Below, piece by piece: positions 21,050 to 29,333 of a stretch of 64,000 nt of DNA. Each line of letters begins with the position of its first letter. The stretch's first letter is position 1. Origin of the DNA: Opitutia bacterium (GTDB taxonomy: Bacteria; Verrucomicrobiota; Verrucomicrobiia; Opitutales; T3Sed10-336); NCBI GenBank assembly GCA_050506795.1, contig JBJHCF010000020.1, positions 23,763 to 87,762 on the forward strand. Direction: 5' to 3'. Under the pieces are notes generated by a model. The model was not told the DNA's origin and ran no database searches. It worked only from the letters and a program-made list of their open reading frames with translations. Both the position numbers and the translations under genes were made by a program.

Positions 21050-24000
21050 ATGATGGGAATCCAAAATCAAAGCCGCCTCACGGCCCCCGCCTTTCTTCTC
21101 TTTGCCACGCTCTCGGCTTCTGTCGCCATGGCGTCGCCCCAAGTGGGGGTGGTCGGACAGGTGGGGGAGCCGGCTTCACCCGGGGAGCGGTACGTTTTTA
21201 TTTACTTGCAGTACCTTGGCGGCGCCGCACCGGACTCGGCGTACGCCATCTATCACAAACCGGGCCTCGCCGATTCGCCGGTCCCGTACGAACGACTCGC
21301 GGTGATTCGTGAGACGATGCACATCCCGACCATCGCGGCGCTCATGCAGCGGGCGTCGGACGCGGGATTCGATAACGGCGCGTTGGAGACGTTGCTCGAC
21401 GATGTGCTTCCGCCCGGACCGTACACCGACCTGGCGGAGAAACTGGCTGCGTTTTATCTCACCGAACCCTCCGGCATCTTCGCGTACCAAAAGGCGGTGG
21501 TGGCCCGGTTTTTTCCGCAGACCGCCATGCCCCTTGGCCAGGCGTACATCGCGCGCGCGCAAGACAGCGGCCCCAACACCTTCGAGGTCCGCGGATATGA
21601 TCCCGTGACCGACACCTCGGGGGCGGTGGTGGGAAGGGTCACCACGCCCGCCGAACCCGCGCTGCTTCCGCCGCCGGGCGACCTTTCCGAGATGGTCGAA
21701 GCGACGCCCCGCGGTCATTTGCGAGTCCACCTGCGCTGGTGCCTCCCCCAGACGCTGCGCGAGATGAGCCTGCACTGGAGCGGATTCCGGGTGTTCCGGG
21801 TGCCGCACGAGTCCTGGCAGCAGGCGTTCGGCGAGGACCCGCCCTTGGATATGTCCCATCAATTTCTCATGGATCTGGTCTCGGCGGAGATGGCGATTCC
21901 GGTGAACGGTGTCCCCATCGCACCCGGCGCGGAGCTTCCCTGTCCGGTTCCGGGAGACAGTGAGGTTTTCTTCATGACCGACGACAACGATTCGGCCGAC
22001 CGGATGGCGTTCGAGTTGGGCGGAGAGTTCTTCGAGGACGGATTCGAGGCCACCTACTTCGTTGCGGCGGTTGATCATTTTGGGCGGATCGGGGAGCCGG
22101 GTCCGGGGCTGCCGGTGACGATCTGCGACCGCCTGCCCCCGCTATCGCCGTCGCGCGTCAGGGTGGACAACATCTACCGTCAGGAAGGCGCCGACGACCA
22201 CGCGCTGCTGATCAGTTGGCGCCGCGACGATCCGGAGGAAGTCGTAAGGTACCACGTTTACCGATACGAGAATCCCGATGACGTTCTCGCCGACCGTCAG
22301 TCCCCGCTCTGGCCGGAGACGGCGAACCGGATCGCCGTGGTGGACAATAACGGCGTCGAAGAGCGTATCCGCTTTACCGACACCACCCCGGGTGCGCTTT
22401 CCCTTCCGGGCGACGACGGGGTGACGCGCTGGTTTTCGATTGTCGCCGAAGACGGCACCTCGTGTCCGGGGCCGCTCGGCTACGGGAATCTCAGTGGACC
22501 CAGCGGTCCGGTGCCCGGCGCGCTTTACAACCTGGCCGGACCCGCGGCGCCGGAAGGGCGCCTGCGGATGCCGTGCTGTGACGTTGTGGCGACGCAGGAC
22601 GACCTGGGGACGTTTTCCCGCGATCCGCTCCGTCTGACTGCGATGCGGCTGCACAACAAGATCGACTGGGTGGAATTTCGTGACGCGCCGTCCGACACCT
22701 TTCTGGGGAGGTTTCATTTCGGCAACAGCGAGCTGGTGATTGCGACGCCGCATTTCCAGGGCGGGGCGGCGATTTTCCAGGCGCGGTTCGGCACGGCTTA
22801 CGAGCACGTTTCCGACTGGGTGGGCGCGCACTCGGTCACGGGCCCTCCCTACCCGGAACATTCCTGGGTGGGTGAGTGGGTGTGTCGCCCGGCCTCGTTC
22901 TGTCCCGACGGCGTGATCGATCCGGTCGATCCGAATACCGGCACCTTACACGGTGTGTGCGTTGATCTGATCAATCCTCCGGACAACGTGGTGGAAGCGG
23001 CGCTGTACCGGCGCCTCGGTGACGACGGGCCGCTGGTGATGTTGCGAAGGGAGAGGCTCGACACCAATGGCGACGGAGTGAACGACCTGACCGAACTCTG
23101 CGAACCCGCCCCGCCGGCAAATCCAGGGTTGGCGTGTTATTATCTGCAGTACTTCGACCGGAACGGCAATCCGAGTGTTGTTGTTTCCCTCGACTGTATC
23201 CAGACCCGAGGTACGGAGGACTATCCCGTTCCGCGCATCACCCACTTCTTCGCCCAGGACTACGAGGGCGGGGTACTACCTGTCGCCGGGGTGCCCCTGG
23301 CGTGGTTCTGTCCGCGTCCGGGTGTCGATCGTTTTGAGATCGCGGTGACGCCGCCCCCGCCGGGAGTGGAGACCACGTTCCAGGGCGGACACGAAGCGGG
23401 TGTCGGGCCGATCTGGGGGGTGGTGGATTCCGACCGGTTGCCCAATGGTTTTGGGGAGGGGACACCGAATTTCGCCACCACCCTTATTCTCGAACGCGGG
23501 GTGATTTACCAGGCGAAGGTGCGCGCGGTGGGGGAGGGCGTGTACGGAGATCGCGAAGCTGGCGCCTGGAGTGATACCGCGCAGATTGTCTGGCTCTTCG
23601 ATCCCGAATCCGGCGACGATCCGCCCATCGAGGATTGTCCGACTCCGTGGCCGGCGCGCGAGATCGCGCCGCTGATCACCGACCCGGCGCGCCAGTTGGA
23701 GGCCTGGCTGGTGGATTGGACGGACAATATTGGCGGTGTCATCACGCCGGTCACTGAAATCTGGGTCAAGGTAGGCGAGTTCGAGGATGGGCAAGTACTC
23801 TCGGGCTCCATACCCGGATTCACCACCGCACCGCCGCCGCGGGTCCGAGGCGAGGACTTGAACGACAATCTTCTGGTCCCGCTCGCCTTCACCGTGTACC
23901 TGCACCAGACCACGGAAAACAGCCGGGGAACCCTGCTGCAGGTCAGTCATTACGTCGATGAGATTCTGACCACCGAAGGACCCGAACCGGGGGAAATCAA

Positions 24001-24205
24001 CATAATAGACCGCGCGTTCGCGGTCGCCGGGCTCGGAGAGCCCGATGCCGACGGGACCGCACCGAAAGCGGGCCTTTGGTTCCGTGTGCGTCACCCGCTG
24101 ATCGCGGACCGCACCTACCGTTGTGCCGTCGTTGTCCACGGAGGCGACCGCGAACCGATCGAAACCTTGCGCACGGTGGAGGTTGCCGTGCCGGAATGGC
24201 CATGA
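21050..24205 (+). CDS. large secreted hypothetical protein with fibronectin-III-like beta-sandwich repeats
   Basis: Signal peptide (SVAMA-SP); FnIII-like motifs (LRW..GFRVFR, YFVAAVDHFGR, ISW..RYHVYR, YQAKVRAV); 5 nt after the previous stop. Confidence 0.8.
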   Translation: MMGIQNQSRLTAPAFLLFATLSASVAMASPQVGVVGQVGEPASPGERYVFIYLQYLGGAAPDSAYAIYHKPGLADSPVPYERLAVIRETMHIPTIAALMQRASDAGFDNGALETLLDDVLPPGPYTDLAEKLAAFYLTEPSGIFAYQKAVVARFFPQTAMPLGQAYIARAQDSGPNTFEVRGYDPVTDTSGAVVGRVTTPAEPALLPPPGDLSEMVEATPRGHLRVHLRWCLPQTLREMSLHWSGFRVFRVPHESWQQAFGEDPPLDMSHQFLMDLVSAEMAIPVNGVPIAPGAELPCPVPGDSEVFFMTDDNDSADRMAFELGGEFFEDGFEATYFVAAVDHFGRIGEPGPGLPVTICDRLPPLSPSRVRVDNIYRQEGADDHALLISWRRDDPEEVVRYHVYRYENPDDVLADRQSPLWPETANRIAVVDNNGVEERIRFTDTTPGALSLPGDDGVTRWFSIVAEDGTSCPGPLGYGNLSGPSGPVPGALYNLAGPAAPEGRLRMPCCDVVATQDDLGTFSRDPLRLTAMRLHNKIDWVEFRDAPSDTFLGRFHFGNSELVIATPHFQGGAAIFQARFGTAYEHVSDWVGAHSVTGPPYPEHSWVGEWVCRPASFCPDGVIDPVDPNTGTLHGVCVDLINPPDNVVEAALYRRLGDDGPLVMLRRERLDTNGDGVNDLTELCEPAPPANPGLACYYLQYFDRNGNPSVVVSLDCIQTRGTEDYPVPRITHFFAQDYEGGVLPVAGVPLAWFCPRPGVDRFEIAVTPPPPGVETTFQGGHEAGVGPIWGVVDSDRLPNGFGEGTPNFATTLILERGVIYQAKVRAVGEGVYGDREAGAWSDTAQIVWLFDPESGDDPPIEDCPTPWPAREIAPLITDPARQLEAWLVDWTDNIGGVITPVTEIWVKVGEFEDGQVLSGSIPGFTTAPPPRVRGEDLNDNLLVPLAFTVYLHQTTENSRGTLLQVSHYVDEILTTEGPEPGEINIIDRAFAVAGLGEPDADGTAPKAGLWFRVRHPLIADRTYRCAVVVHGGDREPIETLRTVEVAVPEWP

Positions 24206-27200
24206 GGAGTAAAGGGAACAGTCACGTGCATGGAATTTTCCGGCGATTTGCGCGCGGCGCCGCTGACGCATTGAAGACGGCCCCGAGCCTGTTTGTTCGG
24301 TATTTGGGCGTTTTTGCGTTCCTTGTTCTTGCTTTCCCAGCGTACGCATCAACCGCATACAGCACGCTCGCGCTCACGGACTCCGCAGGCGAGCCGGTAT
24401 TGGTGGTGCACGACGAACTTGCGGGGGTGTTGACGATCGCGAAAGGATGGAACCAATCCGACTTGGAATTCATCTACGTGCCGGTGCGCCGGTACGGGTT
24501 TACGGAAGGACATCTGATTCGCGCGGGAGATTTCAACGGCGACGGCTTGCTGGATCTCGTGCTGCCGGCGTATGCGACGAATCGGGTGCTGGTCCTTTGG
24601 GGCGCGGACCTGGAAGGCCCGAACGTTCCGGTGGATCTGTTTTCCCCCGGTCCGGGACCGGCGTTCGTGGCGCCGGCGCGGATCGGTCGGGCGCCGGCGG
24701 AAGCCGTGCTGGCAGCGAGCACGGCGCGAGCGAACGTTCAGGTACGCGGGTGGGACGCGGTCGCGAGAACGCCGGTCACCACCGCGGCGGATTATCCGGA
24801 GGGGTTTGGGCAGGACGGTATTTTCGGGTTTGAAACGGCGGCCTATTCCCGGGGAGGATCCGATCCCGTCCTTGGAATCCTGCGCCGCGATGCCGGCGCG
24901 GAGTTCGTGGTCCTTAAGATTGTCCACCGGGCACCCCCGCCGGAGTACGGTCCGGACAATGAAATCACGTCATGGAATTCGGCAGGGGACCACACGCGCC
25001 TGATCAGCGGACACCCTGCCGGGGAAAACGAGGCGGGCTGGTTTCTTGCGTATGCTCCGGGGGCATCGTTGCTGGAGTTTTTCCCTTCGAATCCGGGGGA
25101 CTCTTTGGTTGCCGATCTCGGGAGTCCGGTGGCTCAGGTTTGGTTCCTGCCCGAGGTCGACGACGAGGTCCTGGTTCTCTTCCAGAATGGCCAGCTGGCG
25201 CAATATGACTTCTCGCCGGAAACGGGCCTGACTTTGGCCCAGGCATTCAGTCCGCCGCCGGGAATGGGTTTCGCCGGAGCGGCCGGGGGCAACGGAACAT
25301 TGATGGCCCTGCTTTCGGATGTTTCGGGAGCATTGACCCGGTTCCAGGTGTTTACCAAAGGACCGCAAGGGTATGAACTAACCAACGAAGGAGACTGGCC
25401 GGTTCTTCCGGTGACTGAGGGGGTGGTTACCGTCGTGCTGTACACCGGCGACCCGTTTGCGATGCCGGCTCCGTTCGCGTTTGAGACGTTCGCGGCGGGG
25501 GAGTGGACGAGCGACGCCGCGTTCGACCAGGGAACGGTTTCGGCCTGGGTGGAGACGTTTGGCGGATCGGCGCAGGGACTGGGGAATCCGTTGCTGCAAC
25601 TCTTTCAGCCCGCGGCGGACCCGGGTCCCGGCGGGGCGGCGAGGGGCAACCAGTGGGAACCGTCCTCCAGCCTGCATTACCTGGCGCCGGCGGCCACGGC
25701 CGACGGAATCGCGGCGGTGGCGATCCTGCCGTCCCCCGGGAGTTATCCGAACACGATCGCCGTTACCTTTCAGGCCGGCGAAGACGTTTCGGTGCAGTAC
25801 CGAGTGAACAACGGTCCCTGGCAGAGCGGGTTGGGGCCGTTCCTGGTTACTCAGGATGCCACCGTGGAGTACTACGGCGAGCACATCAGCGGCGCCCTCA
25901 GTTCGATTCACACGGCGGTCTATAAGATTAGCCAGTCGCTCGTGGTGGATACGGACGGCGACGGTGTTCCCGACATCATCGAGGACCTGGCCGGAACCAA
26001 TCCCTTCGATCCCGATTCGGGGGGGAACGGATTCGGCGATTTCAACTGGATCCTCTACGGCGATCCGCAGGACCCGAACGCGGCGCCTGCGCATGCGGCT
26101 TTGCCCTTCGACCATGTCAAGGTGGAGGTTTTGTGGGACGGGGATGGAGCCGCGTTGCCGGCGGCGGGGCAGAAGCTGTTCGTCGGGAATCTGTCCAACC
26201 ACCACCTGGGGACCGCGGAGGGGTCGCCGTCGAGTCCGCGCAAATACGACAACATCACGCTCAAACGCGGTCTGACCGAAAACAACGCCGTCGCGAAGTT
26301 CTGGTTTCCAGCGAGTTATCTGGTGGAGGGGAACAGTCCGGACGAACCCGTGGGACCGGCCATGACGGCGCTCGGGGGAGTCCCATCCGCTCCGCTGCCG
26401 TCCATATCACTGGACCTCGACGCCGAGGATCCACTGGAAGCCTGGCGCCAGGCGGCGCTGGCCGCGGTAGAGGAGCACGAAAACACCGTTGTCGAATTCA
26501 CCATAGGTCCATCCAGCACGATGGCCGCCCTGGTGTTTGAATATTGGTACGGGACGCGTCTGGTGGAGTTGGGGCGCCTGCCGGCGCTGGACGACCGTCC
26601 CCGTCTGGCGGATACGCCGCGTTCCGTACGCTCCGGGATCGCGATGCTCGCGGACGTCGAGGCCATCGAAACGCCGCAGGGCGAGGAGTTGCCGGCGCAT
26701 GAACTGGCGCACGTGGTCCAGCAGGTCAACGAAGCGGTGGGGGTGGATCCGAGTTTCCTGGCGCTGAGGGAGACGGCGGAGGCGTTTTATGGACAGGCGA
26801 TCAACGCGGCGCGCGACGGGACCCCGCTCGATCCGCCGATCGAGGCGTTGCGGCGAGCGCTTACGGGAAGCGTCCCCGCGGGGTACGTGCTGCCACATGA
26901 GCCGGCGGTGCTGGAGTCCCAGCGTGACCAGATTTTGAATGCGGTTGCATCACGCGGGCTGGTTGTTTTGATCGGGACGCTTTCGCGCAGCGGCGACGAA
27001 TTGATCCTGCATTCGGAAGGGCGGCTCTACCTGCTGCGCGACCGGCGCGGGCGACCGTATCGCCTGGCGGGGTCGGGACTGGTTGTTGACGGGAGTTTGG
27101 CGCGGGTGACCGGGGCGGTCCTGCCGTCAAACGATGTCGCGATCGAAGAATTGATAATCGCGGTGGAAAGAATTGAAGTGGAGTCGGTTCCGGCGACTGC

Positions 27201-27603
27201 CGACACCGACCTCAACGGCAACAGCCTGCCGGATTCCTGGGAGCTGTTTTTCCTCGGTACATTGAAGCACGGCGTCTGGGACGATCTAAACGGCGACGGG
27301 TTTTCCCTGGGTGAGGCCTATTTGGCGGGACTTGACCCGCGTGATCCCTTTTCCAGTCCGCCCGGTGCTCCGGCGGTTCCTCGAAATCTCCGACTAAGCC
27401 TCGACGCCCCGAACGGCCCGCGGGTGGAGTGGGACGGTGCCTTTGTCGCCGAATACGAGTTGTGGCAATCCAGGGACATGGTCCAATGGACGCCGCATCC
27501 GGGGAAGATCGACCGGGAGGGCGACCGCGAACATTCGGTGGACGTTGAACTCGATGATCCGCGCGGCTTTTATCAGTTGCTTATTCGCCTTCCAATACCC
27601 TGA
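24202..27603 (+). CDS. large secreted FG-GAP/DxDxDG surface protein carrying multiple short CIS-like motifs
   Basis: ATGA overlap with previous gene; signal peptide (FPAYA-ST); FG-GAP GDFNGDGLLDLV; Ig/chitobiase-C-like segment (PSPGSY..TVEYYG); DTDGDGVPD repeats; C-terminal RGFYQLLI domain. Confidence 0.82.
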   Translation: MRSKGNSHVHGIFRRFARGAADALKTAPSLFVRYLGVFAFLVLAFPAYASTAYSTLALTDSAGEPVLVVHDELAGVLTIAKGWNQSDLEFIYVPVRRYGFTEGHLIRAGDFNGDGLLDLVLPAYATNRVLVLWGADLEGPNVPVDLFSPGPGPAFVAPARIGRAPAEAVLAASTARANVQVRGWDAVARTPVTTAADYPEGFGQDGIFGFETAAYSRGGSDPVLGILRRDAGAEFVVLKIVHRAPPPEYGPDNEITSWNSAGDHTRLISGHPAGENEAGWFLAYAPGASLLEFFPSNPGDSLVADLGSPVAQVWFLPEVDDEVLVLFQNGQLAQYDFSPETGLTLAQAFSPPPGMGFAGAAGGNGTLMALLSDVSGALTRFQVFTKGPQGYELTNEGDWPVLPVTEGVVTVVLYTGDPFAMPAPFAFETFAAGEWTSDAAFDQGTVSAWVETFGGSAQGLGNPLLQLFQPAADPGPGGAARGNQWEPSSSLHYLAPAATADGIAAVAILPSPGSYPNTIAVTFQAGEDVSVQYRVNNGPWQSGLGPFLVTQDATVEYYGEHISGALSSIHTAVYKISQSLVVDTDGDGVPDIIEDLAGTNPFDPDSGGNGFGDFNWILYGDPQDPNAAPAHAALPFDHVKVEVLWDGDGAALPAAGQKLFVGNLSNHHLGTAEGSPSSPRKYDNITLKRGLTENNAVAKFWFPASYLVEGNSPDEPVGPAMTALGGVPSAPLPSISLDLDAEDPLEAWRQAALAAVEEHENTVVEFTIGPSSTMAALVFEYWYGTRLVELGRLPALDDRPRLADTPRSVRSGIAMLADVEAIETPQGEELPAHELAHVVQQVNEAVGVDPSFLALRETAEAFYGQAINAARDGTPLDPPIEALRRALTGSVPAGYVLPHEPAVLESQRDQILNAVASRGLVVLIGTLSRSGDELILHSEGRLYLLRDRRGRPYRLAGSGLVVDGSLARVTGAVLPSNDVAIEELIIAVERIEVESVPATADTDLNGNSLPDSWELFFLGTLKHGVWDDLNGDGFSLGEAYLAGLDPRDPFSSPPGAPAVPRNLRLSLDAPNGPRVEWDGAFVAEYELWQSRDMVQWTPHPGKIDREGDREHSVDVELDDPRGFYQLLIRLPIP

Positions 27604-27611
27604 TTCCGCCT

Positions 27612-29030
27612 TCAGGTAAGGTCCGCGATATCCCAGCCCGGTCGGGCTTCGCGTTTCAAGAGTGCTTCGGCTTCGGGGTTTCCGGGAATACGCATGTTTT
27701 CGGCGTCGTATTCGATCGATTTGTTGGTGCGAGTGGCCAGGGTGCCGAGGTGCATGACTTCGGTGAACTTGGCGGAGTAATCGAAGTTGGAGGTCGGCGT
27801 GCCGTCTTCCTGGATGGCGCGGAGAAAGTCGGCCATGATGCCGCCCTGCACGCGAGGAAGGGTCCGGGGAGGGCGCAGGGATTCGTCGGCGCGGAAAGCA
27901 TCCCAGCGTTCGTCCGGGTACAGGCGTGGGGAGTAGGGCCGCATGAAGGTGTGCCCGATCACGCCGGATTCACCCACCATCACCAGCCCGCCGCCACGAT
28001 CCATGTCTCGGGCGGTTTCCGGCAGGCCGAAGCCTTCCGGGAGGCGTGGAAGCAAGGGCCCTTCGTACCATTTGATCTCGACCGGAGGCTTTCCATTGGG
28101 AAGGTCGAAGTGATAGGTGACGATCGAGCCGTCGACCTTGTGAATCGGATTGGGTTCCGCCTGCATTTCCACGTCGATTCGACGAGGGTAGTCGAGCTCC
28201 AGAGCCCAGTAGGGTGCGTCAAGGGTGTGACATCCGATATCGCCGAGCGATCCGGTACCGAAGGCCCACCAATGACGCCAGAATTGTTCGCGTTGGCCGG
28301 GATTGTGAAACGTCTGATTGTAGGCGATCGGTTCGGTCACGGGTCCGAGCCAGAGATCCCAGTCCAGGCGGTCCGGCACTTCCTGGGCAGGCGGATACTC
28401 CTCCGCCGTGCCGGGGCGAAAACCCCAGCCCCGATGCGGACGATCGGTCCAGCCGATAATCTCCTTCACATCGCCTATCAGGCCGGCCTGATACCATTCC
28501 TTGAACAGGCGAATGCCTTCGCTGGCATGTCCCTGGTTTGCCATCTGCGTCTTCACTCCCCGTTCCCTGGCCAGATTCATCAAAGTTCGCGCCTCCCAAG
28601 CCGAGTGGGTGAGCGGTTTTTCGCAGAAGACGTGTTTGCCCCGGGAAATTGCCATGTAGGCGGCGGCGAAGTGGGTGTGATCGGGAGTGGCGATGCCGAC
28701 GGCGTCGATCTCGTCGTCCATTTCGTCGAGCATCACGCGAAAGTCCTTGTAAAACTTTGCATTGGGAAACAATTCCCGGGGATTGCCCCATGGATTGTCG
28801 TCGACATCACACAAAGCGACGATGTTGGCCATCTCGGACGGCACACCTCGCAGCACCGTTGTTCCCTGGTTTCCCGGACCAATCCACGCCAGGTTGACTC
28901 GATTGTTGGCACCAAAGACCGAATGCGGCATGAAGAACGGAAGAGTGACCGCGGCGGCGGCGCCTTTGATGAATTTCCGGCGACTAAGGGGGGCGATAGG
29001 CGGTGTCTTTGTCTCGGTTCTTGTCTTCAT
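27612..29030 (-). CDS. Gfo/Idh/MocA family oxidoreductase, Tat-exported
   Basis: SRRKFIK twin-arginine signal, ATPDHTH, HVFCEKPL, GDIGCHTLD. Confidence 0.92.
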   Translation of the reverse strand: MKTRTETKTPPIAPLSRRKFIKGAAAAVTLPFFMPHSVFGANNRVNLAWIGPGNQGTTVLRGVPSEMANIVALCDVDDNPWGNPRELFPNAKFYKDFRVMLDEMDDEIDAVGIATPDHTHFAAAYMAISRGKHVFCEKPLTHSAWEARTLMNLARERGVKTQMANQGHASEGIRLFKEWYQAGLIGDVKEIIGWTDRPHRGWGFRPGTAEEYPPAQEVPDRLDWDLWLGPVTEPIAYNQTFHNPGQREQFWRHWWAFGTGSLGDIGCHTLDAPYWALELDYPRRIDVEMQAEPNPIHKVDGSIVTYHFDLPNGKPPVEIKWYEGPLLPRLPEGFGLPETARDMDRGGGLVMVGESGVIGHTFMRPYSPRLYPDERWDAFRADESLRPPRTLPRVQGGIMADFLRAIQEDGTPTSNFDYSAKFTEVMHLGTLATRTNKSIEYDAENMRIPGNPEAEALLKREARPGWDIADLT

Positions 29031-29333
29031 AATGGTTCTCTTCCGGGCGTTTTTAGCGTCAGACCTTCATTATGGCAATTGATTGCCGAGGGTGCAATAA
29101 AATGTTTGTTCCTGGGAATCGTTCGACCGATGACCGATAGTCCGGCGTGACCGAAATCGTCCGTGAGTTGGCGGGCGGCTGTCGCGGACGAGAGCCCGAC
29201 TTCGCGGCCGGGCCTGCGAGGTTCAGATGTGGGAGGTCTTTGTCGGAACAACTGGAGACGGTCCATGTCCTTTGCGGTTGTGGATTTACACCTTGATGCC
29301 GAGGTGATTTAGCGATGAAAAAACGGGAGAGGA

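Noticed and set aside
26107..26124. FDHVKV as a further borrowed motif (HVKVFDG of planctomycete FG-GAP repeats)
   Set aside because: A four-residue match is too short to support.
24202..27603. Calling this locus an eCIS/T6SS or prophage tail cluster
   Set aside because: Only isolated short motifs are present inside one signal-peptide-bearing protein; no full tube, sheath, baseplate or ATPase genes occur in the window.
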